Positions 52,281 through 62,362 are shown, counted from the first letter of the stretch. The stretch is DNA of 64,000 nucleotides from Candidatus Eiseniibacteriota bacterium (GCA_963725865.1 CAVSAC010000012.1:800001-864000), one strand, 5' to 3'. A program made the numbers and translations. Notes: generated by a model from the sequence alone, not told the origin.

Positions 52281-52309
52281 TTGACCGCCTCCCGGCGCCT
52301 CCCTAGACT
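52281..52309 (+). promoter_or_regulatory. putative sigma70 promoter of the folB operon
   Basis: TTGACC-N17-TAGACT. Confidence 0.55.
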
Positions 52310-52373
52310 CGCTGCGGCTTCCTAGAAGCGGGCCCGCGCGGCCCGGTCATCCCGTTCCCATGGAGGCAACGCG

Positions 52374-52733
52374 TTGGCCACCATCCGGCTGGAGGGGCTG
52401 TCGGTGTTCGGACACCACGGCGCCCGACCGTACGAGAAAGAGGCCGGCCAGCGGCTCGAGGTGGACCTCGAGTTGGAGCCCATGGACGCGCGCGCCGAGA
52501 GCAGCGACCGGCTCGCGGACGCGGTGGACTACGATGCGCTCTACCGGACCGTGCGCGAGGTCGTGGAGCAGCAGAGCTTCCATCTGCTCGAAGCGCTGGC
52601 GGCCGCGCTGGCGGCCAGCATCCTCGAGCGCTTCGCCATCCGTTCGGTGCGCGTGCGCATCGCCAAGCAGAACCTCGGGTGGACCACCGGCGGTCGGGCG
52701 ATCATCGAGGTCGCGCGGATGAGGACGGCATGA
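52374..52733 (+). CDS. folB: dihydroneopterin aldolase
   Basis: FGHHG..EKEAGQ, DAVDY, LLEALA; TTG start with GGAGG. Confidence 0.93.
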   Translation: MATIRLEGLSVFGHHGARPYEKEAGQRLEVDLELEPMDARAESSDRLADAVDYDALYRTVREVVEQQSFHLLEALAAALAASILERFAIRSVRVRIAKQNLGWTTGGRAIIEVARMRTA

Positions 52734-53224
52734 GGGCGTTCATCGGACTGGGCTCCAACCTGGGGGACCGCGAGGCGCTGATCCGGCAGGCGCTCGAGGA
52801 GATCGCGCGCATCCCGCAGACCCAGCTGATGCGGGCCTCGTCGCTCTACGACACCGAACCGGTCGGCGACGCGGACCAGCCCAACTTCCTCAACGCGGTC
52901 GCCGAGGTGGACACCGACCTGCCCCCGCGCCAGCTGCTCTGGAACCTGCACCTGATCGAGAAGCGGCTGGGCCGCGTGCGCACCCACAAGTGGGGCCCGC
53001 GCACCATGGACCTCGACGTCCTGCTCTTCGGGGACGAAGTGCTCGAGGAGCCCGATCTGCGGGTGCCGCATCCCGAGCTGATCCGGCGCTCGTTCGTGCT
53101 GGTGCCGCTGGTCGAACTGGATCCGGCACTGGTGCATCCGGAGACCGGGGAGACCCTGCTCAGCCACCTCGCGCGGCTCAACACCCGGCCGCCGGTGCGG
53201 AAGGGCTCGCGCCTCTGGAACTGA
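52730..53224 (+). CDS. folK: 2-amino-4-hydroxy-6-hydroxymethyldihydropteridine pyrophosphokinase
   Basis: GLGSNLG, FLNAV, WGPRTMDLD, PHP..RSFVLVPL. Confidence 0.95.
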   Translation: MRAFIGLGSNLGDREALIRQALEEIARIPQTQLMRASSLYDTEPVGDADQPNFLNAVAEVDTDLPPRQLLWNLHLIEKRLGRVRTHKWGPRTMDLDVLLFGDEVLEEPDLRVPHPELIRRSFVLVPLVELDPALVHPETGETLLSHLARLNTRPPVRKGSRLWN

Positions 53225-53285
53225 TCGTAAACTCCATCCGCCGCGCGCCGCGCGGCCGTGCCGCGCGAGCGCGCCGGATCCCGTC

Positions 53286-53933
53286 ATGAGCGAGAATCGC
53301 TACATCGGCGTGGAGGGCGTGATTGGGGTGGGCAAGACCAGCCTGGCGCGCATGCTCGCCGAGCGGCTGAAGGCCAAGCTGGTGCTCGAGGAGGTGGAGG
53401 AGAACCCGTTTCTCAAGGACTTCTACAAGGACCGGGCGCGCTTCGCGTTCCAGACCCAGATGCACTTCCTGTTCAGCCGCTACCAGCAGCAGCGCACCCT
53501 GCGCCAGACCGAGCTGTTCAGCGAGCGCATGGTGGCCGACTACCTGTTCGCCAAGGACCGCATCTTCGCGCGCCTGAACCTCTCGGAGCGCGAGCTCGCG
53601 CTCTACGAGCGGCTGGTGGGCTGGCTGGAACTGGAGGTGCTGAAACCCGACGTCGTGGTGTACCTGCAGGCCACCGCGGACACGCTGATGGAGCGGATCG
53701 CCCGGCGCGCGCGGCCGTTCGAGCGGGACATGGAGCGCGCGTACATCGAGCAGCTGGTGCAGGCCTACAATCACTTCTTCTTCCACTACGCCGACGCGCC
53801 GCTCCTGGTCGTGAACACGAACGCGATCGACTTCGTGAACAACCCGGACGACTTCGAGGACCTGCTCACGCGCATCCTGTCGCACGGGCAGGGCACGGTC
53901 TACTACACGCCGATCGAGCGGGGAGGCAGCTGA
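53286..53933 (+). CDS. deoxynucleoside kinase
   Basis: EGVIGVGKTSL, ENPFL..FY, DYLFAKDRIFA, PDVVVYL. Confidence 0.92.
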   Translation: MSENRYIGVEGVIGVGKTSLARMLAERLKAKLVLEEVEENPFLKDFYKDRARFAFQTQMHFLFSRYQQQRTLRQTELFSERMVADYLFAKDRIFARLNLSERELALYERLVGWLELEVLKPDVVVYLQATADTLMERIARRARPFERDMERAYIEQLVQAYNHFFFHYADAPLLVVNTNAIDFVNNPDDFEDLLTRILSHGQGTVYYTPIERGGS

Positions 53934-54760
53934 TGAGCGCCGCCGACCGTCCGGGAGCCCCCCGGCCGAAGGTCACCGCGCCGGCGGTGATCGAGCTGAA
54001 GCGTCAGCACCGGCCGATCGTGGTGGTGACGGCGTACGACTTCCCGACCGCACGGCTGGCGGACGAGGCGGGCGTCGACGTGCTGCTGGTGGGCGACAGC
54101 CTCGGCACGGTGGTGCTGGGCTACGACAGCACGCTGCCGGTGACGATGGAGGACATGCTCCATCACATCCGCGCGGTGACGCGCGCGCGCCCCAGCGCGC
54201 TGGTGATCGGCGACCTGCCGTTCATGTCGTACCAGGTGAGCGTCGAACAGGCGGTCGCGAACGCGGGCCGCTTCGTGCAGGAGGGCGGCGCCGACGCGGT
54301 GAAGCTCGAGGGCGGCGAGCGGGTGGTCCCGGCGGTGCGCCGCATCGTCGAAAGCGGGATCCCGGTGATGGGACATCTCGGGCTGACGCCCCAGAGCGTG
54401 CTCGCGTTCGGTGGCTACAAGGTGCAGGCGCGAGCCGAGGCCGACCAGGAGCGGCTGCTGCGCGAGGCGCGCGCGCTCCAGGAGGCGGGCTGCTTCTCGC
54501 TGGTGCTCGAGGGCATCCCGGCCGCGCTCGGAGCGACCGTCTCGCAGGCGCTCGCGATCCCGACCATCGGCATCGGCGCGGGTCTGTCATGCGACGGCCA
54601 GGTCCTCGTGAGCCACGACCTGCTCGGCTTCTACCTCGGGCACCAACCGCGCTTCGTACGCCGCTACGCGGAGCTGGCCGACACCGTGCGCGACGCGTTC
54701 CGGCGCTTCGCCGAGGACGTGCGCGAGCGCCGCTTCCCGTCGGAGCGGGAGTCCTACTGA
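53933..54760 (+). CDS. panB: 3-methyl-2-oxobutanoate hydroxymethyltransferase
   Basis: TAYD, LVGDSLG, DLPFMSY, VKLEGG, GHLGLTPQS. Confidence 0.97.
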   Translation: MSAADRPGAPRPKVTAPAVIELKRQHRPIVVVTAYDFPTARLADEAGVDVLLVGDSLGTVVLGYDSTLPVTMEDMLHHIRAVTRARPSALVIGDLPFMSYQVSVEQAVANAGRFVQEGGADAVKLEGGERVVPAVRRIVESGIPVMGHLGLTPQSVLAFGGYKVQARAEADQERLLREARALQEAGCFSLVLEGIPAALGATVSQALAIPTIGIGAGLSCDGQVLVSHDLLGFYLGHQPRFVRRYAELADTVRDAFRRFAEDVRERRFPSERESY

Positions 54761-55659
54761 TGGCGGCGACGACCCGACGACCGCGCCCCGCCCGGCCCCG
54801 CCGCGGTCGCATGACGGTCGTGCGTCGCGTGGAGGAGGTGCGCCGGCTGGTCGCCGGCTGGCGCGCGCGCGGCCAACGCGTCGCGTTCGTGCCGACCATG
54901 GGCTCGCTCCACGGCGGGCACGTGTCGCTCGTGCACCGCGCCCGCGCCGCCGCCGAGCGCGTGGTGGTGAGCATCTTCGTCAATCCGCTCCAGTTCGGAC
55001 CGGGCGAGGACTACCGGCGCTATCCGCGGCCGCTGGCGCGCGACCGCGCGCTGCTGGCGGCGGAGGGCGTGGACCTGCTGTGGACACCCGAGGTGAAGGA
55101 GCTCTATCCCGCGGACGAGCGCACGCGCGTCCGCGTCACCGGGCTCGGCGAGGTGCTGGAGGGCGCCGCGCGCCCCGGCCACTTCGAGGGCGTGGCGACC
55201 GTGGTGCTCAAGCTGATCAACGCCGTCGCCCCGGACGACCTGTGGCTCGGCCAGAAGGACGCCCAGCAGGCGCGACTCATCGCGCAGCTGTGCCGCGACC
55301 TGCTGCTGCCGGTGCGGGTGCATCGCGGCGCCACCGTGCGCGAGCGCGACGGCCTGGCGTTCTCGAGCCGCAACAGCTACCTGGATGGCGACCACCGCGC
55401 GCAGGCGGTCGCGCTCTCCCGCGGCTTGTGCGCGGCGGAGCGGGCGCTGCGGGCCGGCGAGCGCTCGGCAGCGCGACTCAAGGCGGAGGTGCGGCGGGTG
55501 TGGCGCGCGTACCCGCTGGTGCGCGAGGACTACGTGGCGATCGTCGACGCCGACACGCTGCGTCCGGTGCGCGTGGTGGCGGGCCGGGTGCTGGTGGCCG
55601 TCGCGGCGCGGGTGGGACCCGCGCGACTGATCGACAACTTCGAATGGGAGCCTCGATGA
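54760..55659 (+). CDS. panC: pantoate--beta-alanine ligase
   Basis: VPTMGSLHGGH, FVNPLQF, RPGHF, GQKDAQQ, SSRN, RLIDN. Confidence 0.96.
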   Translation: MAATTRRPRPARPRRGRMTVVRRVEEVRRLVAGWRARGQRVAFVPTMGSLHGGHVSLVHRARAAAERVVVSIFVNPLQFGPGEDYRRYPRPLARDRALLAAEGVDLLWTPEVKELYPADERTRVRVTGLGEVLEGAARPGHFEGVATVVLKLINAVAPDDLWLGQKDAQQARLIAQLCRDLLLPVRVHRGATVRERDGLAFSSRNSYLDGDHRAQAVALSRGLCAAERALRAGERSAARLKAEVRRVWRAYPLVREDYVAIVDADTLRPVRVVAGRVLVAVAARVGPARLIDNFEWEPR

Positions 55660-56423
55660 GCGGACGCCATCCCGACGTGGCCGCGCTGGTGCTGGCCGCC
55701 GGCCAGGGTACCCGGATGAAGAGCGACATGGCCAAGGTCCTGCATCCGATGGCGGGACGCCCGCTGCTCGCGCACGTGATCCGCACGCTCGAGCAGCTCG
55801 GGGTGGGCCGCACGTTGATCGTGATCGGCCACCAGCGCGAGCGGGTGCGCGCCGCGTTCGCGGACACGCCGGTCGAGTGGGTGGAACAGGCCGAGCAGCG
55901 CGGCACCGGCCATGCGGTGCTGATGGCCGGCCCGGCGCTCGAGGACTTCCAGGGCACGCTGCTGGTGGTGTGCGGCGACACGCCGCTGCTGCGCGCCGCC
56001 ACGCTGCACACGCTGCTCGAGGGACATCGCGCGAGCGGCGCCGCGGTCACCGTGCTGTCCACGAAGCTGCCCGATCCGACCGGCTACGGACGTATCCTGA
56101 GGGAGGGCGAGCACGGCATCCGCGGCATCGTCGAGCACCGGGACGCGAGCCCGGAGCAGCGCGCGATCGACGAGGTGAACTCCGGGATCTACGCGTTCGA
56201 ATACCCGGCGCTGGTGCAGGTGCTGGCCGGCCTGACCGCGAACAACTCACAGGGCGAGTACTACCTCACTGACACGGTGGCGCTGCTGCAGCGGGCAGGC
56301 CGCCGCGCGGCGGTGGTGTGCGCACCGGACCATCGCGAGCTGCTGGGCATCAACACCGTCGAGCAGCTCCAGGAGGCTGAACGGGTGTATCGCAAGCTGG
56401 GTGGCGCGGGCGAACGCGCATGA
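55656..56423 (+). CDS. GlmU-type uridyltransferase domain only (no acetyltransferase domain)
   Basis: LAAGQGTRMKS..KVLH, QRGTGHAV, GDTPL, GYGRI, EYYLTD; ends cleanly at 255 aa with an ATGA overlap. Confidence 0.88.
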   Translation: MSGRHPDVAALVLAAGQGTRMKSDMAKVLHPMAGRPLLAHVIRTLEQLGVGRTLIVIGHQRERVRAAFADTPVEWVEQAEQRGTGHAVLMAGPALEDFQGTLLVVCGDTPLLRAATLHTLLEGHRASGAAVTVLSTKLPDPTGYGRILREGEHGIRGIVEHRDASPEQRAIDEVNSGIYAFEYPALVQVLAGLTANNSQGEYYLTDTVALLQRAGRRAAVVCAPDHRELLGINTVEQLQEAERVYRKLGGAGERA

Positions 56424-56983
56424 GGCGCGCGGATCCCTTCGAGCGGCTGTGGGCGCCGTGGCGGATGGCCTACATCCGGCGCGTCCACGAGCCGGCCGGT
56501 TGCCTGTTCTGCCGCGTCGGGCGCCGCCGCACCGACCGCGCGGACCTGGTCGTGGCGCGCCGGCCGCACGCGCTGCTGATGCTCAACCGCTTCCCGTACA
56601 ATCCCGCGCATCTGATGGTCGCGGTGGCGCGCCACACCGGCGCGTTCCACGCGCTCACCGCGGCGGAGCGCGGCGACGTGCTCGACTTGACCGGCCTTGC
56701 GGAGCGCGCCCTGACGGCGGAATATGGCGTCCACGGCATCAACGTGGGCGTGAACATCGGCCGGGTGGCCGGTGCCGGCGTGCTCGGGCATCTGCACCTG
56801 CACGTGGTGCCACGCTGGGACGGAGACACGAATTTCATGCCCGTGATCGGAGCCACGCGCGTGTTGCCGGAGTCGCTCGCGCGCACCTGGTCGCGACTGC
56901 GCCGCGCGCTCCGCGCGCTCGAACAGGCTCCGCCGCCGGCCGCACGCGGAGCGGGAGCGCCGCGCCGTGGGCAAGGCCGCTGA
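56420..56983 (+). CDS. HIT family protein (Ap4A phosphorylase-like)
   Basis: LWAPWRMAY, CLFC, NRFPY, HLHLHVVPRW. Confidence 0.92.
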   Translation: MRRADPFERLWAPWRMAYIRRVHEPAGCLFCRVGRRRTDRADLVVARRPHALLMLNRFPYNPAHLMVAVARHTGAFHALTAAERGDVLDLTGLAERALTAEYGVHGINVGVNIGRVAGAGVLGHLHLHVVPRWDGDTNFMPVIGATRVLPESLARTWSRLRRALRALEQAPPPAARGAGAPRRGQGR

Positions 56984-57395
56984 GCAGGGCGGGCGCCTGG
57001 CGTTCTGGGCGCTCGCGGTGGTGGTGATGGCGCTCGTGATGTCGTGGAGCTGGTCGCGGTTCCGTCCGGTGCGCAGCTCGCGGGTACCGGGGCCCGCGAT
57101 GCGCCCGACACGGGTGCAGGTGCTGAACGGTTCGGGAGAGGGCGGGATCGCCTCACGCGTCGCATCGTACCTGCGCGAGGGAGGATTCCAGGTGGTGGAG
57201 GTGAGGAACGCCGATCGCGCGGACTGGTTCGCGTCGATCGTCGTCGCGCGGCGCGTGGATCCGACCGCCGCGCGCACGGTGGCCGGTTACCTCGGCGGAC
57301 CACCGGTGATCCGGCAGGCCTGGGAATCGGATCTGGCCGATGTGACGGTGGTGATCGGCAGCGACCGCAGCCGGCTCCGCTTGGACCCGCAGTAG
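56967..57395 (+). CDS. LytR C-terminal domain protein
   Basis: N-terminal TM; VQVLNGSG..GIA, NAD, DVTVVIGSD. Confidence 0.85.
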   Translation: MGKAAEQGGRLAFWALAVVVMALVMSWSWSRFRPVRSSRVPGPAMRPTRVQVLNGSGEGGIASRVASYLREGGFQVVEVRNADRADWFASIVVARRVDPTAARTVAGYLGGPPVIRQAWESDLADVTVVIGSDRSRLRLDPQ

Positions 57396-57407
57396 GAGGA
57401 GGACGAC

Positions 57408-57605
57408 GTGTTCGGACTCGGTGGCGGCGAGATCGCGATCGTGCTGGTGCTGGTGCTGCTCATCTTCGGCCCCAGCCAGCTGCCCAATCTGGCCCGCGGT
57501 CTCGGCCAGGCCATGAAGGAGTTCCGCAAGGCTCAGCGCGAGATCAAGGACGAGATTCAGCGCGACGACACCCCCAAGCCGCCGGACAACAAGCCGGTCG
57601 CGTGA
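57408..57605 (+). CDS. tatA: twin-arginine translocase TatA/E
   Basis: MFGLGGGE..LLIFGPSQLPNLARGLGQAMKEFRKA; strong SD. Confidence 0.93.
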   Translation: MFGLGGGEIAIVLVLVLLIFGPSQLPNLARGLGQAMKEFRKAQREIKDEIQRDDTPKPPDNKPVA

Positions 57606-57722
57606 CGCCGCGGGGGGCGGCACTCGCCGCACCCTGGAGACGGCAACGGCGCGACCGGGGTCGCGCCGTCGCACCGCGCGGCCGGGCGCCGCGCCATCCG
57701 CTCGGGGCCGGGCCCCGCCGGG

Positions 57723-59546
57723 TCACTCCGCGCTGATGCTGCGCAGGTCCTGCACCTTCGCCTTCTCGCGGAGTTCGGTCGTGAATCCCACGAAGAACGA
57801 CTGCTGGCGACGCTGCAGGAACTCCCGCGCGAGCGACGAGCGGTTGCGCTCGTAGGTCGTGTCGGGCGCGACCGTGACCCCGTCCAGGCGGACGAAATAC
57901 CAGCCGTTCGCGGAGCGCACCGGACCCACCACCTGGCCGGGCCGAGCCGCCATCATCGCGCCGACCGCCTCGGGCGCCGACCCGAGCCGCGGATCGGGCG
58001 TCGAGCGCGACATGCCCGTGATACGCGACACTGCGAGGCCCTGGGCTCGCGCCGCATCCTCCAGCCGCTGGCCGCCGGCGATCGACTTCGCGATGGCGTC
58101 GGCCTTGCTCTTGATGCCGTCGACCTTCTTGCCGAGCTCGGTGAGCTGGCGGATCGGGTCGGCGATCTCGGAGCGCGGCGCGGGACCACCCGCGTGCCGC
58201 GCGGCGACCTGGGCGATGACGTACTCGTCGATGCCCTCGAAGATCGGGCTGAGGTCTCCGGTCTTTGCGCCCAGTCCCCACTCCGCCGCCTCCGGCACCG
58301 TGTAGAGCTCGTTCGGCGGGCTGCCGTAGTCGAAGAACGCGGTCTTGACCGTCGTCATTCCCTTCGCGGAGACCGCCTGTGCGAGACTGTGCGCGGCGGC
58401 GGCACTCTGCCGGATCTTCTTCAGGTCATCGAGCTGCTTGCGCTGCGAGGCATCGTTTGCCTTGACCTTCACGATGATCTGCGCGATGCGCAGCTGCGGC
58501 ATTCCGTTCGCGCCGGGCGGGAGCTTCTCGACCAGCTTCACGATCACGAAGCGGCCCGCATCCTGGACCGGGTCGAGCACGTCGCCGGCGGCGAGCGCCA
58601 GCATCCGTGGTCCCATCTCGGGGCCGAGTTCCTGCAGGCTCACCGGGCGCGGCACGAGCCCGCCCTGATCGGCATTGGGACCCTCGCTGAAATCGCGCGC
58701 GAGGTCCTCGAACTTCTCGCCGCGACGCACCCGATCGACCAGGCTCTTCGCGAGCTGGTTGGCGTCGCGGATCTCCTCCTCGCCGTACTGCTTGGGCACG
58801 CGAAGCACCTCGAGCTGGACGCGCGGGCCGGACGCGAACCGCCCCTTGTAGCGGTCGTAGGTGGCCTGCAGCTCGGCCTCGGTGGGCGCGGCCACCTTGG
58901 CGTCGGGCGCCGGCTGCACCGCCACGACGCTCGCGTCGATGCGGTCGTACTGGTCGTGGAACGCCTGCCGGAGCTCGGCGTCGGTGACCTTGATCGAGGA
59001 GAGCAGCCGCTCCTCGAGCTTGCGCATCGGAACCTGCTCCCGGGCCAGCTCCTCGTACGGGCCCCACGGGAAGCTCGGATTCTGGAGCGCGGCGCGGTAC
59101 TTGTTGGCGTCGAACTGGCCGTTGGTCTGGAACTCCTGCATCGCGAGGACGAGCGGCGGCGGATTGGTCTTCATCGCGATCTTCACGTCCTCGTCGGTCG
59201 CGCGCAGGCCAAGCTGCTGCGCGCGCGCGTTCACCAGCCGCTCGGTGACGAGCGAGCGCCACGCCTGGGTCTCCAGCATCTTCTGGTCGCGCTCCGCCGG
59301 GTCGACGCCGAACTGGCGCCGGTAGGCCTCGCGCTGCTGCAGGAGCGCGCTCTGGTACTCGGCGCTGGAGACGCGCTCACCGTTCACCACCGCCACCGCG
59401 CCGGTGGCGCGGGCGTTCTGCGTCGCATCCAGCCCCGCACCGAACAGGAAGACGAAGCCGCCGACGAACGTGATGATGGTGATGATGGCGATGGCCCACC
59501 AGATGGTCTTGGTGCTCTTGCCGCCACCGCGCAGGAACCGAAGCAT
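57723..59546 (-). CDS. PpiD/SurA-like peptidyl-prolyl isomerase chaperone
   Basis: N-terminal TM, VAVVNGE, parvulin-like FEDLARDFSE..GG. Confidence 0.85.
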   Translation of the reverse strand: MLRFLRGGGKSTKTIWWAIAIITIITFVGGFVFLFGAGLDATQNARATGAVAVVNGERVSSAEYQSALLQQREAYRRQFGVDPAERDQKMLETQAWRSLVTERLVNARAQQLGLRATDEDVKIAMKTNPPPLVLAMQEFQTNGQFDANKYRAALQNPSFPWGPYEELAREQVPMRKLEERLLSSIKVTDAELRQAFHDQYDRIDASVVAVQPAPDAKVAAPTEAELQATYDRYKGRFASGPRVQLEVLRVPKQYGEEEIRDANQLAKSLVDRVRRGEKFEDLARDFSEGPNADQGGLVPRPVSLQELGPEMGPRMLALAAGDVLDPVQDAGRFVIVKLVEKLPPGANGMPQLRIAQIIVKVKANDASQRKQLDDLKKIRQSAAAAHSLAQAVSAKGMTTVKTAFFDYGSPPNELYTVPEAAEWGLGAKTGDLSPIFEGIDEYVIAQVAARHAGGPAPRSEIADPIRQLTELGKKVDGIKSKADAIAKSIAGGQRLEDAARAQGLAVSRITGMSRSTPDPRLGSAPEAVGAMMAARPGQVVGPVRSANGWYFVRLDGVTVAPDTTYERNRSSLAREFLQRRQQSFFVGFTTELREKAKVQDLRSISAE

Positions 59547-59605
59547 GCGGGACTCCAAGAAGAAGAGGACGAGCTCGAGTCAGGATGGCTTGAAAGCGGC
59601 TGGAG

Positions 59606-59634
59606 AGTCTATCAGCGGAGGTCCGCCGATTCAA
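59606..59634 (-). promoter_or_regulatory. putative sigma70 promoter
   Basis: The minus strand reads TTGAAT-N17-TAGACT upstream of the ppiD-like gene. Confidence 0.5.
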
Positions 59635-59769
59635 CCTCCGCGCGCACCTCGGCGTCGCGCGCGGGCGCCGCGCGAGACGTCGCTCGTGGGCCCACGGAGC
59701 ATTGCCCCGACCGCGGCCGTGTGATACCACTGGCGCGGTGGTTCGCAACGGTGCGGAGGCACGTCTCCC

Positions 59770-60870
59770 ATGCGCAGTGACGCCCCGAGCCGGCACGGAG
59801 AGCCCGAGGTGCCGGCGCGCTCCCCGGCGCTGTCCTCGCAGGTGCTCGACACGCTCGAGCAAGTGGTGGTGGCGCTGGATCGCGAGCGCCGCGTGCTCTA
59901 CTACAACCGTCGCCTGGACGAGTTGCTCGGTGCCGAGCCGGGCACGTTCATGGGGCTCGCCGGGGCGCGACTGTTCCCGGGCGCCGACGCGCGCTGGCTC
60001 AAGGGGGCCTCGCGCGAGGCCCGGGACTTCCGGATCGAGACCGACGAGCGGGAACTCACGCTGAAGGCCGAGTCGCTGCCGATGCGCGACGAGGACGGCG
60101 ACGTGGTGGGTTCCGTGGTCCTGGCCGAGGCCATCTCGGAGACCGAGGACGGCGAGTTCCAGAAGCGCATCGACCGGCTGGTTTCCCTCGGCGAGCTGTC
60201 GGCGTACGTGGCGCACGAGATCCGCAATCCGCTCACGGGGATCCGCACCACCGTGCAGTTCGTGGGCTCCAAGTTCAAGCCCAACGATCCGCGCCGAGAA
60301 GACCTGGACGACGTCATCAAGGAACTCGACCGGATCGAGCAGATCATCACGGGCCTGCTCATGTTCGCGCGGCCCCCCGCAGCGCTGCCCCAACCCACTG
60401 ACCTGCACGCGGTCCTGGACCGCACGCTGACGATGCTCGAGCTTCAACTCGGCGACGCCGAGGTCCAGCTCACCCGCGAGCAGGCCGACGACCTTCCGCT
60501 GGTCTTCGTGGACCCGGACCTGATCCAACAGGTGTTCCTCAACCTGTGCCTCAACGCGGTGCAGGCGATGCCAGAAGGGGGTGCGCTGCGGGTGACCACC
60601 GGGGTGCGCCGCTACCGCACGCGGCGCTCGATGGTGGACGTGTCGTTCACCGATTCGGGCGTGGGGATTCCCAAGGAGCTCATGGACAAGATCTTCGACC
60701 CGTTCTTCACGACGCGCTCGAAGGGCACGGGGCTCGGGCTGTCGATCTCGGTCCAGATCGTGCGCGAAGCGGGTGGAGTGGTGACGGCCAAGAACAACCC
60801 GGGCGGAGGCGCCACGCTGCGCGTCTCGCTGCCGGTCACGGCCGAGCTGCCCGGGCGGGCGGAAGAGTGA
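59770..60870 (+). CDS. cytoplasmic PAS sensor histidine kinase (NtrB type)
   Basis: PAS, AHEIRNPLTGI, QQVFLNLCLNA, DSGVG, FDPFFTT, GTGLGL. Confidence 0.94.
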   Translation: MRSDAPSRHGEPEVPARSPALSSQVLDTLEQVVVALDRERRVLYYNRRLDELLGAEPGTFMGLAGARLFPGADARWLKGASREARDFRIETDERELTLKAESLPMRDEDGDVVGSVVLAEAISETEDGEFQKRIDRLVSLGELSAYVAHEIRNPLTGIRTTVQFVGSKFKPNDPRREDLDDVIKELDRIEQIITGLLMFARPPAALPQPTDLHAVLDRTLTMLELQLGDAEVQLTREQADDLPLVFVDPDLIQQVFLNLCLNAVQAMPEGGALRVTTGVRRYRTRRSMVDVSFTDSGVGIPKELMDKIFDPFFTTRSKGTGLGLSISVQIVREAGGVVTAKNNPGGGATLRVSLPVTAELPGRAEE

Positions 60871-60877
60871 GCGCGCG

Positions 60878-62272
60878 ATGAAGACCTCGGTGCTGGTGGT
60901 CGATGACGAGCTGCTCATCCGCAAGTCGCTGTCAAAGGTGATGCGGGCGCGCGGTTACACCGTCGAGCTGGCGAGCACCGGGGCGGAGGGGCTCGAGAAG
61001 GTCCGCGAGGTGCGCCCGCAGGTCATGATCCTCGACATGCGCCTGCCCGACACCGACGGGCTCTCGGTGCTCCGGCGCGCCCGGGAAGTCGACCCGCTGC
61101 TCCAGGTGGTGCTCATCACCGCGTACGGCGACGTGCAGTCCGCGGTCGACGCGATGAAACTCGGGGCCTGCGACTTCCTGCGGAAACCCTACGAGATGGA
61201 GGACATCGTCCTCGCGGTGGAGTCGGCGAGCCGCCACTTCCGCCAGGCGAGCGAGCTCGACCTGTATCGCCGCCAGGCGTGGAGCCACTGGACGGGTGAG
61301 GAGATCATCGGCGCCTCCGGGCCCATGCACGAAGTGCGCGACCTGATCGAGAAGGTGGTGCGCAGTCAGGCCACCTCGGTGCTCATCACGGGCGAGAGCG
61401 GGACCGGCAAGGAGCTGGTCGCCCGAGCGATCCACTACCGCAGCGATCGCGCACAGCAGCCGCTGATGGAGGTGAACTGCTCGTCGTTCCACGAGAGTCT
61501 GCTCGAGAACGAGCTGTTCGGCCACGAGCGAGGCGCCTTCACCGACGCGACGGACACCAAGAAGGGCCTGGTGGAGCTGTGCGACGGCGGGACACTGTTC
61601 CTGGACGAGGTCGCGGACATGCCCATGCCGACCCAGGCGAAGCTGCTCCGATTCATCGACCATCGCAGCTTCAAGCGGGTGGGTGGCGCCCAGGACATCG
61701 CGGTCGACATCCGGATTGTGGCTGCAACCAACAAGGACCTCGACCTCGAGGTGCGGTCGGGCCGATTCCGCAGCGACCTGTTCTTCCGTCTGAAGGTGGT
61801 GAGCATCCATCTGCCCGCGCTGCGGGAGCGGGACGACGACATCCTGCTGCTGGCGCAGCACTTCATCCGCGAGTTCTCGCGCAAGTTCCAGAAGAACTTC
61901 GCCACGATCCGCCCCGAGGCCGCCCAGGCCATGTTGTCCTATGCGTGGCCGGGAAACGTGCGCGAGCTCAAGAACCTCGTCGAGCGCGTCGTGCTGCTCG
62001 AGGAGGGCGAGGCGATCGCGCTCGAGCACTTGTCCTCGGAGATCCTCGGCCGTGGCGCCGCGTCGAGTGGTGCACCGCGCAATGCGGTGCCGGACTCGAT
62101 CTCGCTCCCAACGCTCGCGCAGATCGAAGCCGATCACATCAGCGAGGTGATGCGACTCGTGGCCGGCAACAAGAGCCGTGCGGCGCGCGTGCTCGGCATC
62201 TCGCGGCAGGGACTGATCGAGAAGCTTCGCCGCCTGCGGCTCGAGGAAGAGGTGGGACGTCAAGTATCTTGA
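60878..62272 (+). CDS. sigma54-dependent response regulator (NtrC family)
   Basis: REC, GESGTGKE, ENELFGHERGAFTDA, LFLDE, WPGNVREL, Fis-type HTH. Confidence 0.96.
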   Translation: MKTSVLVVDDELLIRKSLSKVMRARGYTVELASTGAEGLEKVREVRPQVMILDMRLPDTDGLSVLRRAREVDPLLQVVLITAYGDVQSAVDAMKLGACDFLRKPYEMEDIVLAVESASRHFRQASELDLYRRQAWSHWTGEEIIGASGPMHEVRDLIEKVVRSQATSVLITGESGTGKELVARAIHYRSDRAQQPLMEVNCSSFHESLLENELFGHERGAFTDATDTKKGLVELCDGGTLFLDEVADMPMPTQAKLLRFIDHRSFKRVGGAQDIAVDIRIVAATNKDLDLEVRSGRFRSDLFFRLKVVSIHLPALRERDDDILLLAQHFIREFSRKFQKNFATIRPEAAQAMLSYAWPGNVRELKNLVERVVLLEEGEAIALEHLSSEILGRGAASSGAPRNAVPDSISLPTLAQIEADHISEVMRLVAGNKSRAARVLGISRQGLIEKLRRLRLEEEVGRQVS

Positions 62273-62362
62273 CACCCACAAGGAAGTGGACACCTTCGCT
62301 TAATCTTCACTCCGACAAGCGATTGACAGCTCGCTCCGAGCTAACGTCCAACAATCTTGACA
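62259..62362. promoter_or_regulatory. putative enhancer (UAS) cluster
   Basis: Perfect inverted repeat GTCAAG-TAT-CTTGAC (62259-62273), plus further TTGACA half-sites at 62323 and 62357 in AT-richer DNA. Confidence 0.5.

Noticed and set aside
59731..59747. TGGCGCGGTGGTTCGCA upstream of the second kinase
   Set aside because: Spacing is GG-N11-GC, whereas sigma54 requires N10.
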